64,000 nt of DNA from contig OZ220744.1 in the NCBI GenBank assembly GCA_965116925.1, positions 5,931,757-5,995,756 of the forward strand, given 5' to 3'. Source of the stretch: Candidatus Poribacteria bacterium (GTDB lineage Bacteria; Poribacteria; WGA-4E; PCPOR2b). The notes under the pieces were generated by a model. It saw nothing but the letters and a program-made list of their open reading frames with translations, was not told the origin of the DNA and searched no databases. Positions 29,041 through 38,221 of this stretch are shown in pieces (position 1 is the first letter of the stretch; every line of letters begins with the position of its first letter). A program made the translations under genes and the position numbers.

Positions 29041-30129
29041 TCAATCCAACCAATTCGCATTTTCTGATTTTTGTAAATCTTCAGCGAAAGCCTTAAATGC
29101 GTCCCGTGGATGATTTACCCTTATGTTTGCCCCACAACTTGCCAAACCGGGGGGATCGCTTAATGCCTCCTCAAACTTAGCTCGTTCTTGGTCGAGATAA
29201 CCTTTAGTCCAACCGACATAAATATCCGAGAGAATATCGTCCTTGAAAACCGTCAGTGTCTCGGCAAGTGCATCAATCTTCAGCTCCGGTTCATCCCGCT
29301 GATTTGGTCCGATGACATGACCGAAAATGTGATTGCCTCCTTTGGTCACCGCCAAGATTGTCAACGCCGGACTCACATCTGTGTAATGTAGCGATTGTTT
29401 CGCGCCACCTTCGAGGTGTGCGAGTCCGTCCAAAAGCGTACTGATACGTTGAACGCGTGCTTCGTATGGGAGTCGGTAGGATTTTTCATCTTCGAGGTGT
29501 TCAAGATCCTGTGTTTGTGCCAGTCCAATCCGCACGTCATCAAGGTTTCGGTAGCCTGTTTTATTTCGGTAGGAGAATGTGCCCACGGCATGTAAATCGA
29601 GCGATAGAAGCCCTTTGAGGGTTGCACGATAGAATTGGTGTTCATGAGGTACAGGGTCACCTTCATGACGTGACATTGTGCCAAAATCCTCGGTAACATT
29701 TGTTGGCGCGATGGAAACCAATGTACTCACGCGAAATGGCGATACACGAGTAACCGTATCCGTGGTTTCAGTTTCGTTTGCCCGCGATTCATCTGCTTCC
29801 CGCTTCTCTTTAGCAGATGTCCTTTTAGACGGCGCACGCATATAACCGAAAAGATCGTCGTCCCACCACTCAATTGGATTGGCGTCGGTATAAGCAACTT
29901 TTTCCTCTCGGTAGATTGGAGCGGGAGCCCAACCTTGTCCACCATTTTCAAGGGTTGTACGCAGCCAATAACGAAATGACTGCGCTGATACATAGGGATA
30001 AGCACCCTGCTTCGTGCGAATCATCTTGACTCCCACGGTGTTATCGGTGCGAGCACCAGGAATGCTTCCGAGATTATTAAGTGCAGATGCCGGTGCATCA
30101 ATAAGCATCAAACCTGTTGCAAATGCCAT
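29041..30129 (-). CDS. cas7: Cas7 (type I backbone subunit)
   Basis: IDAPASALNNLGSIPGARTDN...YVSAQSFRYWLRTTL is the Cas7/DevR-Csa2-type signature (ALN + S-x-Q/G-S-x-R). 362 aa. Confidence 0.8.
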   Translation of the reverse strand: MAFATGLMLIDAPASALNNLGSIPGARTDNTVGVKMIRTKQGAYPYVSAQSFRYWLRTTLENGGQGWAPAPIYREEKVAYTDANPIEWWDDDLFGYMRAPSKRTSAKEKREADESRANETETTDTVTRVSPFRVSTLVSIAPTNVTEDFGTMSRHEGDPVPHEHQFYRATLKGLLSLDLHAVGTFSYRNKTGYRNLDDVRIGLAQTQDLEHLEDEKSYRLPYEARVQRISTLLDGLAHLEGGAKQSLHYTDVSPALTILAVTKGGNHIFGHVIGPNQRDEPELKIDALAETLTVFKDDILSDIYVGWTKGYLDQERAKFEEALSDPPGLASCGANIRVNHPRDAFKAFAEDLQKSENANWLD

Positions 30130-30162
30130 GATATAAACCTCCTTGCAATTTGTGATAATTCG

Positions 30163-30528
30163 TTAGCTGTTTTCATCCTCGTTCTCTTGAGCGGTTTCTT
30201 CAACCAGATCAGGATTTTCGCCCAACCAGCCTTTCTCATGTAACTGTTCAACCATCCGGATGAACACCAAGTCACGCGCCAGCCACCAGTCTGGACGTTC
30301 TAATCCGTACCCCTCTTCAAAAACTTCAATATATGGGTCAAGTTTGATAATCGGTGGATTACCACGGTTGACATGCTCCAGATTGGCACGGATTAGTAAT
30401 CTACGTACGTCACTGGACCTACGTTGATGAAAAAAATCACGGAAGAAACGACGATCATTCTGACTACTGACATAATTCGCCAGTTGGTCGCCCATCTTGC
30501 GAATCTCCTCAATTCGTTCCTTTTCCAT
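30163..30528 (-). CDS. cas11: putative Cas11 small subunit from internal in-frame start within cas8
   Basis: In-frame ATG (MEKERIEE...) 121 codons before the cas8 stop. Preceded by UUUUUUAAGGAGGGuauuucacAUG, a canonical SD 9 nt upstream. Confidence 0.45.
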   Translation of the reverse strand: MEKERIEEIRKMGDQLANYVSSQNDRRFFRDFFHQRRSSDVRRLLIRANLEHVNRGNPPIIKLDPYIEVFEEGYGLERPDWWLARDLVFIRMVEQLHEKGWLGENPDLVEETAQENEDENS

Positions 30529-31659
30529 GTGAAATACCCTCCTTAAAAAAGATGCGATGATATTCCATGACACCAAATTCATCTCGTGTGTTAGTCCGTA
30601 GTTTCCCCGTGGGTCACCTTGGTTGACGCGACCGTAGCGGGACCGGCGACGCAAAAAGTAGGTCCGTAAAAATGCCTTTGCTCTGTCCGGCAAAAGAAAC
30701 AAACCATCGTACAATCCTAAGACATCTTCATAAAGCCAATTTCGACGCGGTTGGAATGGCTTATTATCTTTTTTTCGTTTATTTTGGGGTTCAGTCTCCC
30801 ATGCACGATTGACGATTCCATTCCATTGTGTACGGTAATCTGCGCTCTGCATTTCACGCAGAAATCCAATAATTTGAAGCGGTAAGTGATAGATGTCCAA
30901 ACCGACGCCCTGCCCGCTGTTTGTCAGGTGATATGCTGTGAGTGAGAAAGGCTCCTCATCTTGAAGCTCCTCCCGCTGTCTAATATCACCTTGAAGGAGT
31001 GTGTTAATTAGCAGTGTGCCGCGAGAGTTATGTGGTTCCTCTATTTTCTTGCTGCCTGCTGCTTGGGCGAGAGCAATTGCTCTCTGATTTCCTTCTAGAA
31101 ACGATCGGGCAAAATATAGCATAAGGTCTGGATTATCTGAATGCACCGCAAGCAGGCGTCCTGCGGACTTTGCACATCCAAGTGGAAATGCCTGAATAGC
31201 GAGCAGTGCTTCACCTGAAACGGGTAAGCCTGCCTCACCATAGGCGTGGAAGTTGATAACATTTTCACCGGTGAGCAGTGGGATGTGTTGGCGAAAAGCG
31301 CGTCCCTGTGGCAGGGTCTCTTTTTCTCCAAATGCGATATTAACGGCTGGCTTGCCTGTGAAAACACACACCTCATCATCAAGCAGGGGGGTATCATCGC
31401 TATAATTCCGCAGTACACGGGTTGCATACGCTGAACGCTTTTCGGGCGTTTTATTGTATGCTGGTTGCGTAAAGCCTGAATTTGGAAAAGCGACTGTCAA
31501 AAACGACTTGAGTGGGTCTCGGACGTATTCACGAGTGATATAGTCCGCAACTTCGTCAAGGTCAGTTTCTGTCAATTCATCAGGGTTTCGCTTGTCCACA
31601 AAAGCGGTAATTGTTGCAATTCCCACATCAACAAGTGGGTGTCCTGTGTATTTGAGCAT
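30163..31659 (-). CDS. cas8: Cas8 large subunit (I-B-like Cas8b candidate)
   Basis: 498 aa between cas6 and cas7, the position of the type I large subunit. No HD or polymerase motifs. N-terminal MLKYTGHPLVDVG. Family assignment is by size and position. Confidence 0.65.
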   Translation of the reverse strand: MLKYTGHPLVDVGIATITAFVDKRNPDELTETDLDEVADYITREYVRDPLKSFLTVAFPNSGFTQPAYNKTPEKRSAYATRVLRNYSDDTPLLDDEVCVFTGKPAVNIAFGEKETLPQGRAFRQHIPLLTGENVINFHAYGEAGLPVSGEALLAIQAFPLGCAKSAGRLLAVHSDNPDLMLYFARSFLEGNQRAIALAQAAGSKKIEEPHNSRGTLLINTLLQGDIRQREELQDEEPFSLTAYHLTNSGQGVGLDIYHLPLQIIGFLREMQSADYRTQWNGIVNRAWETEPQNKRKKDNKPFQPRRNWLYEDVLGLYDGLFLLPDRAKAFLRTYFLRRRSRYGRVNQGDPRGNYGLTHEMNLVSWNIIASFLRRVFHMEKERIEEIRKMGDQLANYVSSQNDRRFFRDFFHQRRSSDVRRLLIRANLEHVNRGNPPIIKLDPYIEVFEEGYGLERPDWWLARDLVFIRMVEQLHEKGWLGENPDLVEETAQENEDENS

Positions 31660-31947
31660 TCTACTTTAGTCTCCTTTCTTTTAAAACGGTAATTATATCC
31701 CCGATTCCCGTCAGAACATGTCGGTGATCGGAAAATAGTGTAATTTTTTAAGGATCTACCACATTTTTTTTTTCCTTCTCTTATCCATTCGATACTTCCC
31801 CAGGTCAAATGTTATCAGCCTAAACACTGTAGGCAACGATTTTCTTACATTGCAAAACGGCACCAATTCTAATAAAATAGATACGTGACGATATGGGACA
31901 CTATATTTTATAGCTGCCTATCCAATATCAGAGGAGTGTACCGTCCT

Positions 31948-32193
31948 ATGAAAGTGATCGAGTATATCGCAGAAGTATTACCCAACGGTTCTCTCGCACT
32001 GCCTGACGACATCCGAAAAGCGTTGGGATCGCAAACGCAAGTCAAAGTGACGTTAGCAGTGGAAACACCTTCGACCCCTGACCTCCAGAAGGGTTGGCAA
32101 ATTTTCAAAGATCTTGGAAAAGATGCGGTTGCTGGGAAGCTGTCCAACACTTCGATAAATCATGACGAATACCTCTACGGTACACGGAAATGA
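31948..32193 (+). CDS. DUF104-like antitoxin-family small protein, antisense between cas8 and cas6
   Basis: MKVIEYIAEVLPNGSLALPDDIRKALGSQTQVKVTLAVE fits the DUF104 pattern (M..i.a.yenGvl.P.e.l.l.eg..v.v.i). The ORF opens at 31885. No adjacent toxin gene. Confidence 0.4.
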   Translation: MKVIEYIAEVLPNGSLALPDDIRKALGSQTQVKVTLAVETPSTPDLQKGWQIFKDLGKDAVAGKLSNTSINHDEYLYGTRK

Positions 32194-32263
32194 GCACCTC
32201 CTCTTTATAGGTCGGGTTTTCATACTCGATACCTATCAGAAATAACCCAATAAACGACACACA

Positions 32264-32331
32264 TGTCGCCCCTCTGGGGCTTTAGGATATGGAATTTCGG
32301 AATTGCTATACACATATCGCCCCGCTGGGGC
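32264..32331. repeat. palindromic repeat family E (TGTCGCCCCKCTGGGGC) x2 in the cas8-cas6 gap
   Basis: 32264-32280 and 32316-32331. Related copies at 34613-34679 and (reverse complement) 59894-59967. Confidence 0.65.
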
Positions 32332-32480
32332 TTTGGAGGCGGAGCAAGTTGAAAATCCCGATCGTATCGGGGATACCCGACCTACGCATATCGGGAGTTG
32401 ACTTTTATCACGCTGCACGTAACTAGCAGCTTACGTTAAAATAGCGATCACAAGGGTTGTCCTTACCTTATCTCTAGGCT

Positions 32481-33419
32481 TTATTCAATCCGATATTTCC
32501 CCAACCCAAACGTTGCGTTTTTGCCGACGTGCAGAAACCTGCCCAACGCCGCGAATGGCATGAACGCCGCCAAATCGCCGTTATAGGTTACACACCCAAC
32601 CAGTCCTCCGAGCTGCATCTTCTGATTCTGTCGTGAGGAGTAGCGTGTCCAGTCCTTCCATCGCAGGCTGCTCTGGACGGTTTGGATCGTTTCCGCCTGT
32701 GCGATGAGTCCCTTGAAATCGAGATCCAACGATTCGCCACAGTGGAAATATGCCAACGCCGAGATTCGCCCGATCAGTCGTCGCCAGAAGAGGTGGAACG
32801 GGAGTTGATCCGTTATTTGCCCCTTATGTGTGATCCGCGTGGGGGTGAGCAGGTGCACGGTCAACTGGTCGGTCGGTAGTGATGCTGCTTCGCCCTGAAT
32901 CTCGTCGAAGCTGAGTGTGTTATTAAGGTTCTGTATCATCTGGGTTTCGCCATCGTAGACTGATTCGCCGTCCTCGGTCTGGACGTGGGTCAGTTGGAAC
33001 CGTCCGCGTCCCTTGCCGATGCCGATCTCGCCTAGTTCGCGGAAGCTAACCAGAAAATAGGGGAGGTAGTCGATGGCGCGTCCGATCAGGGTCAGACGGA
33101 ACACAAACGATTCTCCTCGCCGGTATTCGCCTCGTGTACTTAGGGGGTCGATCACGAAGGGTCTAGGCACGTCCCCATACGTCCTTAATTGTTGCGCGCC
33201 CTCGAATGGGGCGGTCTCGAAGATGTAGGGGTATGGGCACACGGCTTTGAGTGTGCAATCTCGGCAGTCAATTGGTCCTTGGGTACAGACCATCTTTCGG
33301 AAGGCGTGTCCGAATCCGCCGCGGAGTGTGGAACCGGCGTAGGGTGGCATCACAATTTTTGAGAGCGCGGTTAGGATTATATGGTAGCGTGCGATTCGGA
33401 AGTTCTGTAGTGGGTTCAT
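32481..33419 (-). CDS. cas6: Cas6 pre-crRNA endoribonuclease
   Basis: C-terminal glycine-rich loop GKNATFGLGKYRIE. N-terminal Cys cluster (CTQGPIDCRDCTLKAVC). 312 aa RAMP-like protein. Confidence 0.75.
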   Translation of the reverse strand: MNPLQNFRIARYHIILTALSKIVMPPYAGSTLRGGFGHAFRKMVCTQGPIDCRDCTLKAVCPYPYIFETAPFEGAQQLRTYGDVPRPFVIDPLSTRGEYRRGESFVFRLTLIGRAIDYLPYFLVSFRELGEIGIGKGRGRFQLTHVQTEDGESVYDGETQMIQNLNNTLSFDEIQGEAASLPTDQLTVHLLTPTRITHKGQITDQLPFHLFWRRLIGRISALAYFHCGESLDLDFKGLIAQAETIQTVQSSLRWKDWTRYSSRQNQKMQLGGLVGCVTYNGDLAAFMPFAALGRFLHVGKNATFGLGKYRIE

Positions 33420-33487
33420 TGGTGTTTCCTTTTCTCATATAGCCCGCTTTTCATCGCGGTATGTAAGGGATGATGAGGAAAGCCTCA

Positions 33488-33537
33488 GAAACCGAGTTTT
33501 TCGGAAATGGGCGGGGAAACCCCGCCCCTACGGTTTC
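33488..33537. repeat. compound REP: family A stem enclosing a family C GC hairpin (GGGCGGGGAAACCCCGCCC)
   Basis: AGAAACCGAGTTTTTCGGAAATGGGCGGGGAAACCCCGCCCCTACGGTTTCT between the WYL gene and cas6. Confidence 0.7.
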
Positions 33538-33589
33538 TGGGTATAATCGGGAGTCATTATACCATCCGAGAGTGCAATATATACGCACT

Positions 33590-34561
33590 TTACTTTTTAT
33601 TGTAAATTTGCTGCATTTTTTTAATTTCCGCCTTGATCTCATGGCGGAGGCTTTCGGGTTCAACGACTTCTGCATGTGATCCGTAGCCCATCACCCACCG
33701 CTTCACTTCGCCCAACCCACCGACTCTCAGACGGAGTATCAGTTCACCGGAAGGCAGCTCCTCGATCTGTTGGCTGGGGTGCCATTCGCGTTCCCTGATC
33801 CAGCGTGCCTGATATTCGTCAAATTTGATGACGATATTTTCGGGTTCTGTCGCCCGTTCAGCGAGAAACCCAGCCTCTAAGTAGGCATTGAGTGAAAAAT
33901 CCGGGGGGACTTGGAAAGAGGATAGTAGGTGTTTATACGCTTTGATGCGGCTGGTGAGAAAGTCCCGGGGTTCGCGTCGGGTATGACAATAGGCGATTAA
34001 ATACCAATCACCCTGAATGTTATGGAGATGGTATGGATCAACAATGCGTGTGCTTGTTTGACCGCTACTCGCTGAATAGTACTCTATTTCAATTGAGTAT
34101 CTTGAAAGGATAGCCTCGTTGAGTTCAAGCAGTAATTCTGGATCAACTATCGCTCTGCCGCCGCCTGTGAAGGTAAACGCAGCGGTTTTCCTTTGTGCAT
34201 CGTAGCTTACACTCTCTGGCAGATGTTGTTTTATCTTATCGAGTGCGAGTCGAAGCGGCGTTTCAAAAGGAGTGCCCAGATACCGTCTAAATAATTCTTC
34301 TCCCAGAAAAAAAGCGGTAATTTCTTCGCTTGTCAGCATTATTGCAGGAAGGAAATAGGTGGGATCCGTGTAGTACCAACCGTTTCTGGTTCTGTCATAT
34401 TTGATAGGCGCGCCAAAGCGGTTTATCAGAAATTTCCTATCTTCGTAGGCGATTCGGGTGCTGCGGAGTTCAAAGTGTGCCTGGACTGTATGGGCGTTTG
34501 GATACCTTTCTCTTTGAATCTGATCATCAATCCAGTAAATTCTTTCCAGCTTGGTAGACAT
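33590..34561 (-). CDS. WYL-domain transcriptional regulator (wHTH + WYL + C-terminal WCX), CRISPR-associated by position
   Basis: N-terminal HTH (LERIYWIDDQIQRERYPNAHTVQAHFELSTRIAYEDRKFL). WYL region (IEIEYYSASSGQTSTRIVDPYHLHNIQGDWYLIAYCHTRREPRDF). Directly upstream of cas6 on the same strand. Confidence 0.75.
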   Translation of the reverse strand: MSTKLERIYWIDDQIQRERYPNAHTVQAHFELRSTRIAYEDRKFLINRFGAPIKYDRTRNGWYYTDPTYFLPAIMLTSEEITAFFLGEELFRRYLGTPFETPLRLALDKIKQHLPESVSYDAQRKTAAFTFTGGGRAIVDPELLLELNEAILSRYSIEIEYYSASSGQTSTRIVDPYHLHNIQGDWYLIAYCHTRREPRDFLTSRIKAYKHLLSSFQVPPDFSLNAYLEAGFLAERATEPENIVIKFDEYQARWIREREWHPSQQIEELPSGELILRLRVGGLGEVKRWVMGYGSHAEVVEPESLRHEIKAEIKKMQQIYNKK

Positions 34562-34891
34562 TTGGTGTGATTTCCTTTCGCCTTAGTAGGGATTTACTCA
34601 TGATATACACATGGTGCCCCACTGGGGCTAAAAAACTTGGGATGTCCTTGGTGCTATACACATATCACACCTCTGGGGCTATGTTGTTTCATTGGTGTTG
34701 GGTTTTACTGTCGTTCAACCCAACCTACGAGAATTACTGTTATATACAAAAAGGTTACGGCATACGGAGTATGCCTACTACTTTGTAAGATCGGGATTCC
34801 ATGTCTTAAAAGATACAGGATAGACCAACCATAGTGCAAATTTAAAAATGGCAGTTTGAAACTAATAGTTTGACTCTGCAAAAAATAACTT

Positions 34892-34960
34892 GGTTCATAT
34901 AAAAAGAAGGTGTAAAGCGTGAAGAGAAACCGAGTTTTTTCTTCAAAACTCGGTTTCTGT
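34892..34960. repeat. REP-like element family A, long form
   Basis: GGTTCATATAAAAAGAAGGTGTAAAGCGTGAAGA followed by the hairpin 34926-34957. Confidence 0.75.
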
Positions 34961-35023
34961 GTTGGAGATTGTTTGAAACGGTTCGGTGGGAGGCGAAATT
35001 ACTGAGAGAGGTAAGGGTGGGTA

Positions 35024-35536
35024 TTAAGCGTTGCTCCAATCATATTCGTGAACGACCTGCTCTCCCGTACCAATTTCGTTGAGTTCGAGAAGGTTGCCAT
35101 CCGGATCATAAAAGAAAAGCACATGCCATTCACCTTCACCGGCGAAACGGACGGGTGGCGAGACAAATTCTACGCCCGCCGCCTTCAACCGTTCATAGGT
35201 GGCTGGGACATCTTCGACGGCAAAGCAGATATGTGCACTCGGTACGTGGTTGATGGGGTAGCGTTGGGCAGGGCTGGTGGGATTGAGCCATTGGATAAGA
35301 TCCAGTGTGAAGCCCGGTCCTTCATTTCGGGTGTGGCCATGGATCCCATCGGGTGCACGGAGCCGGTATTCGCGCATGTGTACCTTGGGGATTGCAACCA
35401 TTTCGGAGATTGGACCGTCGTTGTGTTCTTCAGGGGAGACAACTTCTAGCCCCAGTAAGTCGCGATAGAAGTGGAGTGACTTCTCCAGATCGCTGACCAT
35501 GACTGCAACGTGGTCGATTTTAATCGTAGCATTCAT
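35024..35536 (-). CDS. VOC (glyoxalase/bleomycin-resistance/dioxygenase) family protein
   Basis: IDHVAVMVSDLEKSLHFYRDLLGLEVV is the glyoxalase-I fold signature. Two betaalphabetabetabeta modules. Confidence 0.75.
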   Translation of the reverse strand: MNATIKIDHVAVMVSDLEKSLHFYRDLLGLEVVSPEEHNDGPISEMVAIPKVHMREYRLRAPDGIHGHTRNEGPGFTLDLIQWLNPTSPAQRYPINHVPSAHICFAVEDVPATYERLKAAGVEFVSPPVRFAGEGEWHVLFFYDPDGNLLELNEIGTGEQVVHEYDWSNA

Positions 35537-35769
35537 AGGGTTGTTCCTTTCTAATCTGTGTTTAGATTTCTTGTCTCTAGTAGATACGCAAAAGTGAGTC
35601 TGAGTCTACAGGTTTAACTGACTGATTAACGCATCCGTAATTAGCAGTTCAATCGGTGAGTTATCCACAATTACCTGGCAAAATCTAACAAAATCTAACA
35701 CTTTTGACAAAAATTCTGTCAAATCCCGGTTGTAGGAAACGACGATACACCCTAACGACTCAGATTAGA

Positions 35770-36516
35770 CTATTTCGTCGTATATCCACCGTCGACTGTC
35801 ATCACGGAGCCTGTGACATATGACGACTCATCGCTTGCCAAGAATAGGGCGGCGGAGGCGACTTCTATCGGTTCTGCAAAACGACCAAACAGATTCGCCT
35901 TGCGATACGGTGCGAGATGTTCCTCTGGGATGTTTGCTGCCATCGGTGTGTTCATAGATCCGGGACAGATTGCGTTGCCCCGGATATGTTCTTCGGCATG
36001 GTCACACGCCATGGCTCTGACTAGTCCGATGATGCCGTGCTTAGAGGCATTGTAGGACGCCTGATTTGGCTGTCCGACGAGACCTGAAATGGACGAGATA
36101 CAGATAATGCTCCCACCTCCCTGACGGCGCATCCGTGGGATAGCAGCCCTTGAACACAGGAAGGTGCCTTTGAGGTTCACCCCCAGCACGTAATCCCACT
36201 CCTCTTCGGTGGTGTCGGGGACGTTCTTCTCAACCTGTACCCCTGCATTATTGACTAAGACATCGACGCCGCCGTAGGTATCAACGGCTGCAGCAATCAT
36301 GCGCTCTGCGTCGTCCCCCTTGGAAACATCCGCCCGGACAAAAATCGCGTCGCCGCCTTCCTTGCGGATAGCGTCCACTGTTTCCTCTCCAGCCTCCCTG
36401 TTGATGTCGGGAACGACAATTTTGGCACCTTCGCGGCTGAATAGCAGCCCCATCGCTTGACCTAACCCCATACCTGAGCCGGTAATGACGGCAACTTTAT
36501 CCTTCAGTCGTGACAT
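35770..36516 (-). CDS. SDR family NAD(P)-dependent oxidoreductase
   Basis: TGSGMGLGQA (Gly-rich NAD(P) site). NNAG. Catalytic S...YNASK. Confidence 0.85.
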   Translation of the reverse strand: MSRLKDKVAVITGSGMGLGQAMGLLFSREGAKIVVPDINREAGEETVDAIRKEGGDAIFVRADVSKGDDAERMIAAAVDTYGGVDVLVNNAGVQVEKNVPDTTEEEWDYVLGVNLKGTFLCSRAAIPRMRRQGGGSIICISSISGLVGQPNQASYNASKHGIIGLVRAMACDHAEEHIRGNAICPGSMNTPMAANIPEEHLAPYRKANLFGRFAEPIEVASAALFLASDESSYVTGSVMTVDGGYTTK

Positions 36517-36547
36517 CGGCTTCTACCTCCTCTCTGTTCAAAAATAG

Positions 36548-36611
36548 TTCATGTAAAAGGAAAGTGTGAATTACGAAGAGAAACCGAGTTTTGAAGAAAA
36601 AACTCGGTTTC
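36548..36611. repeat. REP-like element family A, long form
   Basis: GTTCATGTAAAAGGAAAGTGTGAATTACGAAGA followed by the hairpin GAAACCGAGTTTTGAAGAAAAAACTCGGTTTC. Confidence 0.75.
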
Positions 36612-36622
36612 TGTTTCATGAT

Positions 36623-38167
36623 TTAGAAGTTTGGGAACGTCAAGGGTTGGTCGGTGAAGACCTTTCCATCGGTTGTTGAGACCTCCTCCACGATTGGCTT
36701 GAAGCCCATCCCATCTAGCACATCGCGTTGGATGTCAATTCCCGGCGCAACTTCCTTTAGCTCGACGCCACGATTTGTCAGTTGGAAGGTCGCGCGCTCG
36801 GTAACGTACAACACCTCCTGCCCTGTTTCGCGGGCGTATCTGCCGCTGAAGGTAATCTGCTCAACCTGTTCGACGAACTTGGGGATCGTACCTTCCTTAA
36901 CGACCTTGACCCCCCCATCTTGAATCTCGACCTCTGACTTCACGGCAAGGGTGCCGCAGAAGACCACCTTCTTCGCATTCTGGGAGATGTCGATGAAACC
37001 GCCGCAGCCGGGGATGCGACTGCCAAATTTGCTGACGTTCACGTTGCCGTGCCCGTCTACTTGGGCGTGCGAGAGGAACGCAATGTCGATCCCGCCGCCC
37101 TGATATGAGTCGAACTGATAGGGCTGATCCAATATTACCATCGGATAGTACATCGCACCGGAATCGAGTCCGCCTGCGGGAATACCGCCCAAGCTGCCCT
37201 GTTCGATGCTGAGGGTGATCTGATCCTCGATCCCGCTCTCTTCGGCGATCATCCCGACACCGAAGGGCATACCGAATCCGAGGTTCACAACAGCATTCGG
37301 ACGTAGTTCCAACGCCGCCCGTTTGACAATGACTTTGCGCTCATCGAGCGAGAGCCTCCCCATACTCAGATCGCCTTCGCGAGCCTCGCCGCACAGTGCT
37401 GGATCAAAGTCGATCTGGTAGGTCTGTTTCTGATCTGGGGCAAGCACAAGGGCATCGACAAGGGTGCCGGGTATCTTGACCATACGGGGATCGATGCCAC
37501 GTTTTCCAACCATGCGCTTAACCTGTGCGATGACCTTTCCCCCGGAGTTCCGAGCGGCTTGTGCATCCGAAAGCATTTCAAAGTAGGCTGCCTCATCCTC
37601 CATTGAAATATTCCCATCGGGATCGGCGGTGGTGCCGCGGATGAAGGCGACATTGACGGGGAAGCTGTGGTACATAAGATACTCCTTGCCCCGCAATGTG
37701 ACCACTTCGACCAGATCTTCTGTTGCGCGTGTGTTGAGTTTGCCGCCTTCGATTCGGGGGTCTGCAAATGTGTGCAAGCCGACATGGGTAATGTATCCGG
37801 GCGCACCGGCAGCGATGCTCCGCATCAAGCACGACAATGCACCCTGCGGGAGGTTGTACGCCTCAGTTTTGTTTTCGATAGCGAGTTTTGCCATCGGTGG
37901 TGACATCCCCCAATGTCCGCCGATGTCCCGTTTAATTAGGCGTGGATCGGCGAGGTGTCCCAAGCCGAGTTGCCCCTGATCTCCCATCCCGCTGATGTGA
38001 ACAACGGTCAGGTCGCGCGGCTGAAGCGTTGACCGGAATCGTTTCCCCAACGCCTCAATAAGTTTTTCGGGGATGGCGTGTCCTGCGCCGCTTCCCCCGA
38101 TAACGAGGGTATCCCCACTTTGTACCATCTGCACAGCTTCTTCTGCGGTGATAATCGGTTTTATCAT
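36623..38167 (-). CDS. acyl-CoA:acetate/3-ketoacid CoA-transferase (fused alpha-beta, YdiF-like)
   Basis: 514 aa. N-terminus MIKPIITAEEAVQMVQSGDTLVIGG (CoA-transferase family I). SENG-like glutamate region. Confidence 0.7.
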   Translation of the reverse strand: MIKPIITAEEAVQMVQSGDTLVIGGSGAGHAIPEKLIEALGKRFRSTLQPRDLTVVHISGMGDQGQLGLGHLADPRLIKRDIGGHWGMSPPMAKLAIENKTEAYNLPQGALSCLMRSIAAGAPGYITHVGLHTFADPRIEGGKLNTRATEDLVEVVTLRGKEYLMYHSFPVNVAFIRGTTADPDGNISMEDEAAYFEMLSDAQAARNSGGKVIAQVKRMVGKRGIDPRMVKIPGTLVDALVLAPDQKQTYQIDFDPALCGEAREGDLSMGRLSLDERKVIVKRAALELRPNAVVNLGFGMPFGVGMIAEESGIEDQITLSIEQGSLGGIPAGGLDSGAMYYPMVILDQPYQFDSYQGGGIDIAFLSHAQVDGHGNVNVSKFGSRIPGCGGFIDISQNAKKVVFCGTLAVKSEVEIQDGGVKVVKEGTIPKFVEQVEQITFSGRYARETGQEVLYVTERATFQLTNRGVELKEVAPGIDIQRDVLDGMGFKPIVEEVSTTDGKVFTDQPLTFPNF

Positions 38168-38221
38168 TTATTGACTCCTGATAGCCAGGGTTAATCAAAA
38201 TTTTCTATCGTTTGCTTGCTA

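Noticed and set aside
17510-33419. Alternative subtype assignments (I-C, I-D, I-G, I-A)
   Set aside because: I-C lacks cas6 and has cas5 first. I-D needs Cas10d with HD and a split Cas3. I-G has a cas5-cas6 fusion, a cas4-cas1 fusion and a C-terminal HD. I-A has a split cas3'/cas3'' and csa5. The observed HD-N-terminal cas3 and cas6-cas8-cas7-cas5-cas3 order fit I-B best. Confirmation needs profile searches.
34567-34834. Small ORFs ending ...GYGIRSMPTTL (also 59519..59722 ...GYGIRRMPTT)
   Set aside because: They are encoded by family E and F repeats and have no RBS or context.
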